Origin: Cycas panzhihuaensis
Taxonomy: Eukaryota; Plantae; Cycadophyta
DNA length: 64,000 nt
Direction of reading: 5' to 3'
Assembly (NCBI GenBank): GCA_023213395.1
Contig: CM041465.1
Coordinates: 203,243,741-203,307,740 of the forward strand
Positions 13,901-27,800 of this stretch are shown here, piece after piece. Under the pieces are notes generated by a model that saw only the letters and a program-made list of their open reading frames with translations, did no database searches and had not been told where the DNA came from. The position numbers were made by a program, and so were the translations under genes. Each line of letters starts with the position of its first letter. Position 1 is the stretch's first letter.

Positions 13901-13984
13901 ACATTGTTGAAGCCTAAATATAATGTGCTGTAACACTTTTCCCCTTGTCATCTCGTCTTGCCTTGCACTTGTCCTATTTCTTGA

Positions 13985-14744
13985 TCTAACAGTTTCTTTC
14001 CCTGTGACCATCTTTCTTATAATAATTTCACCTTCCCACTAACTTCTTCTTTTTATGGGAGGTCTCACCAATCTTCTATGTATACTTATTTTCATGAAAT
14101 ATATCCTTCTTCTATGTCTTCATTATCAAGGCCTAATTTAAACTAGATCCACTAAGTATCCCATGATGCTTCAATTTGGCATCTTCAGCTAAGATCAGAT
14201 TTTTCAACGACTTAAAAGACTAAACTTCCATGGCTTCATCACTCCCATAAACTATTTGAAAGGTGGCAAAAGCAGCTAGTAATTTTGACATAATAATAGC
14301 AAACAATAAGGCATCATCTATGGAGTTTGTTTTCAATTCATCCAACTTATTTCTCAAATCAGTAATCTTGTTTAAGAAGGCACTAATGTTATTTTCGTCT
14401 TCTACCTTTGCACTCAATAATTCCATCATAAGGGCAACTTGACAATTTGTCTTCTTTTTCTCAAAAGTCTCACACAGCTTGGTCCATATTTCATATGGGG
14501 TTTCAAGATTATGCACTAAAGCTCGTTGATCGAGAGCCAAAGATAGCTTCATTAACCCAATAGCCATAAACTGTCTCTCTTCAACACGCACATGATCTTT
14601 TTCATTCAAAGGGAGGCTTAACAAAGGTGACTTAGTGATTCCCCAAAGCTGATTTACCATTAAAACAAGCTCCATATGTGCTTTCCACTCATTAAAATTA
14701 TTTCCATTGAACATAACTAATGGTGCAAGCTTCTCCATGATCAA
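13985..14744 (-). pseudogene. gag: Copia-B gag (UBN2-type) with eroded zinc knuckle
   Basis: ORF 14220-14744 contains FNGNNFNEWKAHM...ETPYEIWTKLCETFE. Knuckle relic NYYKKDGHRERNC at ~13990-14030. Confidence 0.9.
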
Positions 14745-15630
14745 ATTAAATAGGAAAATATCTCAAAAATCCAACTTAAAATCACAACTCAAGATCGACT
14801 TAAGCTAGGCATTTTAGAATTTGAAACACATAAACTAAAACTCCCAAGTTTGATTATAAAATACTCTTAAATCAATGCAATCTTGTCACCCAAATATCAA
14901 ACAATTTATGCCAAAATACTCTACTCCAGCTCAAATCCACAAATACTTCTCAATATAAATAACCCTTAAGGCAAACATTAATTAAAATCACCATTGATTT
15001 TTGAAACCCTCATTAAAAATCAATAAAGGGCAATGTTACACTATTGTATAAGGTTACAATCTATGTCGTATCTCAACAAGGCAACCATAATATACAACAT
15101 TAAATCTAGACCATTTGTTTAATTTGTAGTGTCCCATACAAACCCTAACTATGCCAAGAATACCAAATAACTTCTGTGTATAGTTATACGGATGTTAGCG
15201 TCCAACACAAACTAATACAGAACACCCTCAGTCATCATACGAATAGGTACTGACAAACCCAGGCAGCAAACAGTGTTCATAAAAGGCGATAAACACGTTA
15301 TATATGCATGGCGAAAAATGCAGCACTACATATACCTAGACACGAAGACAAAAACATGCAATATATACACAAAGGCAATGTGTTGAGTTGAAAGCAAGAT
15401 GTACTGGAGTATATGCATTGAATGCATGATGCTATTAGATACGTTAAGAAGCAGTTAATACACTCGAGACAGTAGAAACTCGTTGTAAATAGATGGAAGG
15501 AATAAAGGAAGGTGCAAAACACAGATAAAGTGTAGTCAATGTACACTGTGTATACATAATGTAGATGCCAAAATGCAGGTGAAAATACATATGGTAGATG
15601 CAAAAGTGTATACAGCAATCACGTAGGTGC

Positions 15631-15865
15631 ATATGCAGTCAACAGGCGTGAAGAGGAACCACGTCAAATGTATACGTAGATAGAAACCACGCAGCGTATA
15701 TGCAATCAACAGATCTAAAGAGTAATCATGTCAAATGTATACGCAGAGAGTAAACATGCAACTATATGCAGATAGCAAACATGCAGTGTATATGCAGTCA
15801 ATAGACGTGAAGAATAATCATGCCAAAATATATACACAGAGAGTAAACACACAGTTATATGTAGA
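15631..15865. repeat. Three degenerate tandem units (67-92 bp) in the Copia-B 5' leader
   Basis: Units with consensus atatgcagtcaacagrcgtgaagagtaatcatgtcaaatgtatacgcaga start at 15631, 15698 and 15790. Confidence 0.8.
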
Positions 15866-16470
15866 ACGACGTACAGGTATATACATAATCAATGAGGGTG
15901 CCAACCAGTGTGAAACCCATGAGGATAAACACAATGATGATGTCAAGATGGTGTAGATAAACTTTGAATAGTTATACTCAACATAAAACAGATGACTATA
16001 TACACACAACCATAGAGGAGAAGAATAATGGATTTCTTAAACACATAGAGGAGAAGGGCAATGAAAGGTAACAGAGTGTTATGCTTACAGTCAAAATACC
16101 CAAGATTTATTTGGCCAGATACAAAGATTGAAGATAAATGACTATGAACACAATATATCTATAATAGTTTTAGGTTTTATAAGTTTTACAAAGTTATATG
16201 AATAAGAACATAGACATAAGCATGCAGAGGAGTAAACATATAACACCACAAGGATAATTAAGTAAGAGAAAGAGAAGAAAAGACCATAAAGTACCTTTAG
16301 ATGAGACCACAAAGGGCGTCTGAAGCATCTTCAAGGGTAAATCATCTTAAAACTCTTCTCAAATGTCAAACGGGCTACACCAACTCTGCACAACACCAAA
16401 CTTCTTCTAAACGTCCAACAATCAGATCAGGACACCATGCGACTCACCTAGCGATAGTGTACAACCATCC

Positions 16471-16482
16471 GCTCTGATACGA
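16471..16482 (-). other. Copia-B primer binding site (tRNA-iMet)
   Basis: Minus strand tcgtatcagagc versus canonical tggtatcagagc, directly abutting the 5' LTR. Confidence 0.9.
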
Positions 16483-16734
16483 TGTTAAAAATGGGAGCAA
16501 AGCCAAATCGAATGCATATGCCAATCACAGAAACAAATACGCACAGATATCTAGTGGGAAAACCCACCTTAGAACTTTGATTACATTTGATCCAAAAGCA
16601 TAAAGAATACAAGGTGATCTTCAGATATATATATAGAGAGATCCGAAAAGACCTAAAAATAAACATATGTTGGCCCAAAATAATAATAAAGATTTGTGTA
16701 TAGCATTTACATTAGTTGGGCAGTATTTTTAAGA
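16483..16734 (-). repeat. Copia-B 5' LTR (252 bp)
   Basis: Direct repeat of 10499-10744, followed by TSD cctta. Confidence 0.95.
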
Positions 16735-17345
16735 CCTTATAGGCTTTTTAAGGCTACTAAAAAAACTATTAAAATATCATAAATAACTTAAGTAACTTAC
16801 GTGATAATGAGAAAATGCAACAACGAACATAATTATATGCTTAAATAAGGCTTTCAACATTGCAAACCATAAAATTTTAATTGTTAAAAGAAGCATTTCA
16901 TGAAGCTAATACAAATAGAAAAAGACACTTAGGATTGAAAATTTATTCCACCACATTAAAAAATTAATTATTTATTAATTTTGTAGCATGCTTGAGTCAT
17001 AGGAGCATCATCAGACTTATTTTGGGCCACCATCCAAGGAGCCCAACAAGTAAGCATAATAAAAAATTATGATTGAGGACTTAAAATACATTATTGCTTG
17101 CAAAATGTTTTTACACATATTAATCTAATTAACACACTAAAAATGAAGAAAAAGACTGATTTTATACACTTTTAGGCTCAATTTAATGAATCAGGACACC
17201 TTACAAGGAGCTTAGAATTACTTATCAAAATGATTTTTTCACTTGAAGTGATAACAAATGCTTACAAATAGTATTTTTTTATTAATAACTCAAAAAAAAA
17301 AAAGTATAGTGTTAAAATGATTAAAAATTAATAAAAATGTGGTTT

Positions 17346-17588
17346 TGTTACGGACCTACTATGTAACTTGAGGAGGAAGCCAAAAGATTTCAAATACACA
17401 AGAGCACTTGAAAGATTGAATAGTCACAAGACCAATAAATTGATAAAAATATATAAGTGATATCCATATTACATTTGGGGCCATATTTATATGCATAGTA
17501 GGCCCTTTTACTAAAGGATATGTCTCTTCAATAACATCCATTCACTAACAAAATGATTAATTAACCTATTTTAAGGAGGTTCATAACA
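17346..17588 (-). repeat. 3' LTR of the chromovirus derivative
   Basis: tgtta...taaca termini; direct repeat of 21139-21381. Confidence 0.95.
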
Positions 17589-17604
17589 ATTCCTCCCTCT
17601 TAAG

Positions 17605-19100
17605 ATGTTTCACCCATGAAACATAGTCGAACGAACGTAATCCCTTAAATGTATGTTGTCCTTCATTGTAGCAGAGTCCATTAGGCAATTAGACGAATAT
17701 TGCAGGTATTTATTGGAAAATTCTTTTAGTTGAAAACCTCGGCTATGTTTCTAAAATGCTTGTGGCTGTTTCTTGACTTCTTCACTTTGATCCTTGTGTG
17801 GTATAACTTTAGTTTTATTCAATCTTTTTCCTGATAATATGATGATTCTTCCTTCTTTTTTAAATTGTATAAATTATTCATCAATATTTATTTCAAAGGT
17901 TCTGAGTGTACTGAGCCATTGATTGCCCAATACAATATGTACACCTCCAACATTGACGACGTAGAAATCTTCTATAATGCTGACATCATTTAGAGTGATG
18001 TTAAGGTTCTTCATTATACCTTGACCAGAGATTACCCGTCTTCCTCCAACAGTGACTTGGAAATGAGAGGTCCTTAATGGGAATAACCTTAGTTGTTGTC
18101 CACAGTTTTGATTAATAAAGTTACGTGTGCTACCTAAATTGATCAAAATTGTTACAACTTGATTTTTGATAGATCCCTGTAATTTTAAGGTATTGAATTG
18201 ATTAAAACTGCTCATAAATAATAATGACATTTGTAGATGGTCATCCTAGTGATTATTGTGGCTTTCTTGATGTTCTGTATGATAACAATTTCCTTGATTA
18301 TTTTCTGAGCCTTGTTCCTCTTCATCAATATTATCATCTGGCAGTAGTCTGATTGTATATAACTGGTTCTTTTGACATTTATACCCAAGTTCCTACTTCT
18401 CCTCACATTTGAAGCATAGGTTTCTTCTTCTTAACTCTTCTTACTCTTTTTTTTTTTTCTAAATGATTGGTTTAGTAGGTCGATTCAAGTTGATCGATAC
18501 GTGTCTGTGTTGGGCACTTGGTAAAAGATTATGTCAACTAGGTAGAGGAATATAAGGATCTGTGCCTGTTTTACGTAAGGCATTGTGTTTATCTTCATGT
18601 ATTTTGGCTAACTGTATTGCCTTGTTAAGGTCTTTTGCTTCTTAAATTTTAACATCAGTTTGGATCTCTATTATCAAACCATCTATATATAACTGGATAA
18701 GATGATTAGCTAGAATATCTTCTAACACATAGCTTAGCCTCGTGAATGCTACACTGTATTCTTCCATAGAACCAGCTTGCTTTAAATTTTGTAACTCACA
18801 ATAATAATCATGATTAGATATAGTTTCAAATCACTTAATGAATAAACGCATGAATTCTTTCCAAGTTAGTAGTTGATCTCAAAAAGAGGTTTATTTAAGA
18901 CACTACCACCATTCACACGCTATCCCATCCATGTGTAGGGTGGCTCATGGAACTTGCTCTGTCGACTCAATCTCCATAAAGCAGAAATAGTTTTCCATTT
19001 GTTGTATCCACACTCTCAGCTCATGTGATTTTTGCTCCATACTGAAACATTGTATAGTAATCTTTTCTAATTTTTTCTTTTTCTATGTTTGAATACTTTG
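17605..19100 (-). pseudogene. gag-pro: Chromovirus gag + retropepsin protease + chromodomain-like relic
   Basis: Gag LRVWIQQMENYFCF...ATLHMDGIACEWW at ~18905-19070. Knuckle RRNLCFKCEEK*ELGYKC at ~18375-18430. Protease ORF 17874-18230 (ILINLGSTRNFIN, IVLGNQWLSTL). The same frame continues into PQAF*KH...KYLQYSSNCLMDSATMKD. Confidence 0.85.
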
Positions 19101-19776
19101 TAAGCAATTGAAGTATGCTTGAAAACCCACTATCTTCTGTTCTTTAGGGGTTAAATTGCGATACTCATTAAGGTATTTCTTGATAGCTTTATTCTCAATA
19201 TTAATGGGAGTTATCTAAGGACTAGAATATTTTTTAACGGTCTAATTTCTAATATGAGACTACTGACTCATTACCTCATCCTCTGAATCTAGAACAATCA
19301 TGTCTTCTTTTCTATTTGTTGCTATGATTGTCAATTTATCTAATATCTGATATAATGTATGATTTAAGAGCGCATTTGATGTCTGGACTGCTTAAGTGAT
19401 TAGTTCGATGATATCCTTTTGGATGGTATTGTCTATCATCTCTTTAGTGTTCATTATTTTAATGATTGTGTAAGTGCGGTTCCACTGCCTTTATTTCATG
19501 TTGGATAGCCCCAAAATAATATTCTGATCTTGCTTGATACTACTGAATGTATTTCAAGTAAGTCACCCTTGTATATAAATGACAAGATCAGACAACTTAT
19601 TCAATATCCAAGGGATATTAAATTGATTGAATAGGTGGTAATTTAGAAGAGAATTAGACTTAAACGTTTAACATAAGATTAAAGTATTACCTAAAAAAAT
19701 TATGACAACTTGAGATTACAGATATGACTAAAACCTTGAGACTAATCAAGTGTCTTATCTATGTGATCAATAGACT

Positions 19777-19780
<4 letters not shown>

Positions 19781-19852
<72 letters not shown>
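19781..19852. repeat. (TA)36 microsatellite in the element leader
   Basis: Perfect TA run. Confidence 0.98.
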
Positions 19853-19855
<3 letters not shown>

Positions 19856-21138
19856 CTTGGACAGATGGTATGCCAACTTTAGGATTGTATAAGAATACTT
19901 ATAAGCTAATCGTCAAGATATCAATTTGATTATTATAGAATATGGGTAATAACTATCATTAATAACTTATGAGATATTGATAAATAATAATAATTAATTA
20001 TAGCGGTTAACCTTGTTAAAGGAGTAGCAATAAATAGATTAAAATTTTAACTATGTAAACAAATATTTAAATGACTTAGTAGTATATATAATGATATAAA
20101 TAAAATATGTTATATGTAATAAGAGTATTTGTAATAAGTTAAAAGGTTTTTATATACTTATTATAATATATATATGATATTACTATATATATATCTATAT
20201 ATATATATATATATATGATGAAAAGGCAATTAATTTTTTTTAAAACATTATTACGTTTGTGTAGTAGTATTTACGTTAGTCATTTTTATTTACTTCGTAT
20301 TTGTAAATTGGTTGCGTATTAATTGTATGGCTGCAAAACAGAAAAAGAAGGGAATATGTAGGCAAAATGCATATAATTGAAAAAAAAAAATATATTGAAA
20401 CTATAATTGAATCAAATGCAATATATGATATTATGATGGTAGTGAATGAACATGGGAGTGAAGATGCAAACTTGGCAAATGAATGATTATAGTGGTGATG
20501 GTGCAGAAGTCCAGGGTAGGGCAGTAGATGACAGAATGGAAGGAGTGAATGACGAAGCAAATAAGATGTCGAGAAAATAGAAGACTCGAGGAATGCAAGG
20601 TTGATATGAAAGGACAGAATTAGACCAGAGGGCAAATAAATAAGGCATGATGCAGAAATACTGGAGTGGCGATGAACTTGATCTCAAAATGAAAAAAATG
20701 GGAACGCAGGTAAGATGTAGGGATGTAGGGGAAAAACATAAAATATAAGGACACAGGGATAGAACAACTATGCCCTGCACATAAATATGTCAGAAATAAT
20801 GATTTTGGAATTAATTCTCGTGAGATGGTGGATTCAAATTTTTAGAGATTTGAGTGCAGAGATTTATATTATCAAGGTGAAGAGGATTGGACAAGTGCTT
20901 ACTAATCTTGGCTCTACTACCTCTTTCAATAATGGATAGGCCAACAGTAACAGGTAGACTGAGGTAATTAATTTTAATCATAAATGATTTCTCACTATCT
21001 TGTTTATGCCTTGAACAATTCTGCCTCTTTTATTGAGTAGGTAATGAAAATTATAGTGAAAAATAGTGGTTGGAGCAGCCTCTAGATTCTTAACATTATT
21101 CACACTTAGGTGCCAGGCAAAATTGCTCCGATACCACT

Positions 21139-21381
21139 TGTTATAGACCTACTCTGTAACTTGAGGAGGAAGCCAAAAGATTTCAAATACACAAGAGCAC
21201 TTAAAAGATTGAATAGTGACAAGACCAATAAATTGATAAAAATATATAAGTGATGTCCATATTACATTTAGGGCCGTATTTATATGCATAGTGGGCCCTT
21301 TTGCTAAAGGATATGTCTCTTCGATAACACCCATTCACTAACAAAATGATTAATTAACCTATTTTAAGGAGGTTCATAACA
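21139..21381 (-). repeat. 5' LTR of the chromovirus derivative
   Basis: Direct repeat of 17346-17588 with the PBS adjacent. Confidence 0.95.
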
Positions 21382-22613
21382 AGTTTCTTTTTACTTTATA
21401 AATGATAAAACCTGGAATAAAATAATATAGAAAGATAAACTTTAAAAAAAGTGAACTTATATAACTTAGAATATTCTAGGGAATACTCTAAATTATATAC
21501 CCTAAAGTTACATGTATGATGTTGAAACAAAAAAAATATTTCATTCACCTATATGTTCACGGTACCACATGCCCTGTGGAAGAGAAAATTTATTAAATCA
21601 ATCGATTGAAGTATAGATCTCTTCTACATATAATTCAGACATCATCATATGATCAAAATAATGAGGAATTGAATCTAGTTTGAGGAAATTTGATGGAGGA
21701 TTTAGATTTTATAAGCCATATGATAATTGGAAGGGCAAACGGCCTATTTGTATAAAATGGGCAGTTGCCACTTACTTGGATCAAATTTGAAGCCATTGAA
21801 TATCAATAAATTGATGTTAGAATATGCATGATGACTTTGATATGGATTTTCAAGCTTGTAATGCTCCCAACTAAAAAAATGGGTGTAAAAACAATGGTTT
21901 TCATTAAAAAAATGTATCCAACAATGGAAATAAGAGCCCAACAGTTTAACTAGGTACCCAACTGACTTCAATCAGTGCCCAATAGCAGTTAGAGGTGTAG
22001 ATCAGGTTCCCAATTAAGTGCAAATAGGACGTAGATCTATTTTCTCTGAAAATGAGAGAAAACAAACAACTTTTTCCTACAAATTAGTAATATAAAAGCA
22101 AAATAAGTAGTACTCTATGTAATCTCTTTCAAATCATTGAAAATAGAGGAAGTAAGGTAATTTTTACATATAAATGTTCTCTATCTTTTTATCTTAAAAA
22201 ATTTACAAATAAGTGTAAAAATCTATTTGTTATTATATATAAATTACAAAAAAATATAATCTTTTTAATATATAACCTCTTAAGAAAAAATAACAGAATG
22301 AGTTACAACTAGGTCATAATTAAACCAACTCAAAATTTTTAAACAAAATTCTTTAAAACTAATATAAATGGGTTAGTATAACTCTCTCAATGTTTGTTAG
22401 AAAACTTGGTAATAAAGCTCTCAAAATTTGTTAGAAAAATATGAGAACATAGCATTTTAATGTTAAAAAAATTTAAAATTTACTTTTAAAATTAGAACTC
22501 TGAACAAACTAAAAAATATCTCTCTTTGGATCATTTTTATAGAGCAAAGGTCATCACTAAAGCAAGAGATCTAATGCCTTCTTCACCTCCTCAAAATTAC
22601 TTTAATACTAAAA

Positions 22614-23120
22614 TGAGAAAGTTAATATAGTAGGATCTACTAAGAAGAATGAATGGACAAAGTATAAACATGAAATGATTCAACTTATATTATAAAGCTT
22701 GAGAAAAGGCTTATGTAAAATACATAATACACTATGCAAAGGGAGGAGAATTTCTCTACACGCAACCTATTTGTAATGCTTTCAATAGCATAATACTAAA
22801 CTTCAAAACTATGATGAAATACAAGGAAGGAAACTCTCCTTATATAGGAGTTCCTAACTACATGATCATGTCATATGTCATAGATCAAAATAATTTAAAA
22901 AAATTGTGTAAAACTCTACTTCTTAAGTGTAAAGGATGATGACAAGTATCATATATAAAATATTGACTTATTTATATAAGATATGTGAATAAGTCACTAA
23001 GGACAAAATAGATAAAGTGACAATTTAAAATCATACAAACTAAAGCTTTAGCATAAAACATAAAGTGCTAAAATAAAACTATACATTGTTAAGATTCAAT
23101 GCTATAAGTTGAATATAATA
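22614..23120 (-). repeat. Copia-A 5' LTR (approximate)
   Basis: Homologous to 4877-5368; preceded by an eroded tRNA-iMet PBS. Confidence 0.7.
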
Positions 23121-24615
23121 GTGGTAGATTGACCCTATCAAAATCCAAAAAATCAATAAGAGCATAATTTTTAAGTAGAAAACAAGTTGTAGAAAAGACC
23201 AAGAAAAGGTCAATAATAGGGTAAGATAAAGTGGCCAACATTACAAGTAGAAATTATTTAATTTGATTCACATTTGATTTGAATCATAGGTGCCTCAATA
23301 ATAGGTGGCCCTAGTACACAATAATATCTCAACAAGCAAATCATGATGACTAAAGTAAAATAAAGAGGGCTCAATATCTCAGACCAAAAAGGATAAATTT
23401 TAGGAAACTAGAAACTAGTCATAAGTTTATAACTTAGGAATAAATATTATTCCTAACCTGTTGTCTCTCGAATTTCTAAGATTCCACCTTTACCTCCTTA
23501 TAAACCATCTTTTAGTATAGCTGATTTTCCACCATGATTTTGGTCTCTTACCTATTCACAATTATTTTCCTTTTTTGGTTTATGATATCCTAAATCATTT
23601 TGGGTTTTAAATCTGGAAGTCCTCCACTAAGCCCTCCCAAAACAAATATCCCTTCATTGAGATTTTGATGTCTCAATTATGTCGAGACTTCACCATTATT
23701 CATCCTAGTCATTATTCTAGATGTGCCTATCATTCCCCCTAGTTTATATAAATTTTATAAAAAATCCAATGAAGATCTTAGAAAGTACATTGATATTTTT
23801 CTCCATATTACATAAATTTGTTATGATATTATGCAAATGTGACTTTTACCACATACCATTTTTAGTGATACTATTATATATTATTATGTTAAACTCTCCT
23901 CTCATTCTATCATCAGTGTTGGGGAATTGTTATAGGAATTTCTTGATCATTTTGTACTTCCTAAGATAGGGAGAAATGGCCTTCAAACACTTTTCTTCTA
24001 TGAAAAAATCCCCTCACAAAATAAGTAATTAACACATAAAAAATTTTCAGAACTAATAAGTTATTGCATTATACCACTTCGAGATGTTACTCTTAAATAA
24101 TTACTTTTGTATAGTCTTTGTGGTATTGTGCATTTCAAAGTTCTATGTCTAAACCCTAACACCTATGTAAAAGCTAAATAGATGACTGAATAGTACAAAC
24201 ATATGCTTATTCAATATGGTCTTGTATTTGTTTTTTAAACTACTCTTATTCAGGCTATTCATCCTAATAACTCACACAATAATCATATCATGGTAAATAG
24301 TACACCTCATCCACTTTGTTATTAGCCTAATTATGAGATTATTCTACCTAGTCAACCAACTTCATCTCCTCCATTTCCTAAGTTAGTTGTTTTAGCCACT
24401 CAACTTAGTAACTCATCTAGGATTTGATAAATAAAAACAAGCCTTGTAATGTACCTATTCAAGATGTTCCTCATTGCCTTTCCCCTCATGAGTAGCATAT
24501 CAAAATAAGAGTTAAAGGAAGCTACCTCATTCAAACTAGTGAGAATTGATAGTTCATTACTTTACTTTAAAATAGGTAATCCTTACATCAAAATGCCTAT
24601 TTATATAATAATAAG

Positions 24616-24806
24616 TAGAAAAATAATGATTATCGATAAAATATTTATCGCGAATGACTTTAGTGAAGTATGACCCTAATTATGACATACCCTAATTAGT
24701 GAATCATAACCCTAATTAGAAAAATAATGATTATCAAGAAAATGTTTATCAAGAATGACTTTAGTAAAGTATAACCCTATAAAATTGAAACCATAACCCT
24801 AATTAG
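24616..24806. repeat. Tandem duplication, period 101 bp, with accctaatta subrepeats
   Basis: tagaaaaataatgattatc..aaaat.tttatc..gaatgactttagt.aagtat.acccta starts at 24616 and 24717. Confidence 0.85.
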
Positions 24807-27800
24807 GACTTAGAGATTTCTAAAACGTTATTTCCTAATAACACTAAATAACATGTTCATTTAATTCACTTATCAACTCCTTATTCATTAGTTATGAGGT
24901 ACAACTAATGGTTTAGTTAGAAAACTTTCAAAACTAGTGTAGTTCATTATAGGTTAGCCATCAACCTTTAGATAGTCCTTGGCAAGTGATTGGTTCTCAA
25001 TTGTTTATGCTTATTTCAAATCCATATGAGCTACCTTAAGTCCCACTTCAGATTTCCCATTAGCGTACCCCCACCTTCAACTAATATCCAAATTTTTAAA
25101 CCTCGAGAGCTTAATAAGTCTATTAGAAAGAAAACCATACTTAAATCCATTTAATAGAACATAAGTCCATAGAACTTTCAAATGTTTTTATAATTTAGAC
25201 TCATGATTAAGCAACCAAATAAAAAGTTAACTTTGATAATGATTCAAAAAATATGAAACCACCACTTATTATCTCCAACCCCTTGTACTTCTTAAGTTTT
25301 TAAATCCTTTACCTTTGCTAATGGAATTGAGCTTTGTCCTTCTATTCTATGGTTGATGATTAAGATGCATTTCATTAGGAATGTTGCTTTATGATTAAAG
25401 CCTTTGATGTTGTTAGGAGACCATTCATGGATCACATTGTGAGTCCTCCAATCACTTTTAAGGTAAAATTATTGAGGTCAATATTGAAGTTATTTATATA
25501 GCACTTGATTAAAATATCTTACTTGAATCTAGTTAGATTTAGGCCATGCTTGCTATTGCAGCCTCTCTCTTTAGAGAGATTTGATTCCTCAATGATAATT
25601 AGGTTAAATTTATTAAAATTTTAAATTTCCAATAAAATAAACTAATTAATGCTTTTAATTCATCCATTACCCCATTCGTTAACATTAATTTCAATCATCA
25701 AAATGAAATGGGAATTGATATTTATGGTATGATGCTCCTTATTTAAGAAGAAATTTGTTCCACTTCTCATTGCAAGGTTCTCACTATTAATACTTATACA
25801 TTTTCATCCCATCCTCTAATATTTTATTTGACATTCATCGATTCTTATGATTCAAACATTATTAATCTTCTATTATTGCTTAGTTGTGAGTTCTTTTGCT
25901 AAGTTTTTGCCTTCTTTATTGATTAGTCATCTTTTATTGATAATTTAGTCATCTTATACAATTTAGACTTATATTATGAATTGTCCACTCAATTCTTAGA
26001 AATTGATGAGCCCTTATAATCTAGTCTATCTTAATTTAGTGCCTCCAACTGATGTTTATTAAGAGTGACTTCCTATTCTTTGTGTTAAGAATGAAGAGAT
26101 GCTTAGCCTACCTATTACTCCTATTTTATTTGGTGATACTTCCTTTATAGTTATTGAATAAGCTACACCTTTATCAAAGGATCCTTCTAATAATTTATGT
26201 GATTCTTCTTTTAGCTTTGATTTATTTTATAAGGCATCAAATCTTACTAATGATTCATCTTTCGTTGAGTCTTTTGATTCAACCTTGATCTAATTGTATA
26301 AGGAGATCTTTACAGATAAAAGCCTCATTGATCATGTTTTCATTATATTACATGAACTTCTTATAGCTTTAAATTTTATTAGTAAGCTTCAGGATCACTA
26401 AGCTCCTCTAACTCAATTTTCAACTAACTTTCATTACTCATTTGATTTGGTAGTAGTTGAATACATTCCACTTTCCACTAATAATCAAACTCATATGTGT
26501 TCAAGTAGAATTGGGTGAAAACTATCTCCCCATATCCCTATATAATCTATTTATTTTCATATGTGTTATGTTATTATGGTTTCAATCCTATTATTACTAA
26601 TTGTCCCTTTATGCTAGTGCACTCATTGGTGGACTTCATTCCCATTGTCTATAGGCACCAGTTATGATAATTCCACTTTTTTACTTCCATCAAATTTCAT
26701 AAAACATTCAAAACTAAAATAAATTATGAAAATAAAAATCCTTATAAAAATATAAAAATATTCAATTTATAAAACCTACTGTATTTCAAATTAGTCAAAT
26801 CTACTTAAGCCTAATTAACATGCAAACAGGTTCCTTTAATGTAAATAGTAAACAATATTTTCATTTTTGCTTTGTTTTAAATAATTAGAGATTTGTTCTC
26901 TACTACAAAAACTTGTTATTTTTAGCAATTGCTTTTATGTCATTTAATGATATTACCCTTATAAAAGCAATTGATTATTTTCAAGGATTGCTTTTCTTAT
27001 GCTATTGTTAGGCATATAGATAATAGTGATTTGATAATTCATATAAATGTCCCTCATGGTTCTTCTCAACACACATATTATGATCACTGTCATAGAAGAT
27101 GTCATCAATAAAATTATGCATCCTTAACCTATTATAACTTTTTCTTCGTGCCCAGTGGTAGGCTTTCATCTCAATTTTTATAAGTTGAGTTATAGAATAC
27201 TACCTCTATTCATCTTCCCATCACTTCTCCTTTTAGATAAGACCTACTGCTCAATATAATAAACCAACGATATAGGGATTTCACTCATGTGTTAGGATAT
27301 TTGCATGCTTACACTTTTCAACTTTGAAGGCCTCATGGCACCTTGCACACTATCAAATTTAACACCTTTGCATTTGTATCCCAACCATAAGATTAGTTAC
27401 ATTATTGCACATCCTAAAATCCTTCAACACTGGCCTTTGTAATCCTCTACCTGATTGTCTAGCCTTTAAATTACTAGAGGCATGTTATATTTGTCTCTTT
27501 TGAACATTATCTTTATAGCTCTTTCCTACTTTCCATGCAACATTGATTTATATACCTCATACATTAAGCTTTGCTCCTTTACTTTAATCTATTTTATCAT
27601 AGAACATCTTTGTGTGACTTTTATACTGCTCTTACTAGCTTTTATCATTACTTCCTACCTTTTGTAGTAATTGATGATTGTTGATGTATCAATTCAAACA
27701 TCATTATAATCATGATTTTTTTTATTTTGGACCCATTCTCGATCCCTAGCATTTTCCATTCACTTTAGAGTTAATATGATTAGAAGCATACCTAAATTTT

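Larger units (their letters stand above)
10499..16734 (-). mobile_element. Copia-B: full-length, decayed Ty1/copia LTR retrotransposon
   Basis: LTRs 10499-10744 and 16483-16734 differ by ~24 substitutions (mostly transitions) plus one 6-bp indel. TSD CCTTA at 10494-10498 and 16735-16739. tRNA-iMet PBS, PPT and gag-PR-INT-RT-RH order are present. Confidence 0.95.
17346..21381 (-). mobile_element. Non-autonomous chromovirus-type Ty3/gypsy element (gag-PR-chromodomain only, 4.0 kb)
   Basis: 243-bp LTRs 17346-17588 and 21139-21381 (~12 substitutions). TSD GGTTT/AGTTT. PBS tggtatcggagc at 21125-21136 and PPT cttaagagggaggaat at 17589-17604. No RT/RH/INT motifs and no room for them. Confidence 0.92.
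4877..23120 (-). mobile_element. Copia-A: very old Ty1/copia element hosting three nested insertions
   Basis: Diverged LTR pair ~4877-5368 and ~22614-23120, sharing aaatgattcaacttatatta..aaagcttgagaaaag and aaaatagataaagtgacaatttaaaatcatacaaa. PPT relic ctttccct at 5369 and PBS relic actttaatacta (from gctctgatacca) at 22599-22610. Minus-strand order gag-PR-INT-RT-RH. Outer boundaries approximate; no TSD recovered. Confidence 0.75.

Noticed and set aside
15215-15262. C/D-box snoRNA (minus strand atgatga...ctga)
   Set aside because: The boxes are directly adjacent with no guide region, and the site lies inside a copia leader.
17359-21334. Duplicated 60-aa ORFs (17359-17541, 21149-21334; likewise 41438-41620 and 59423-59605)
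   Set aside because: These are chance ORFs within paired LTRs.
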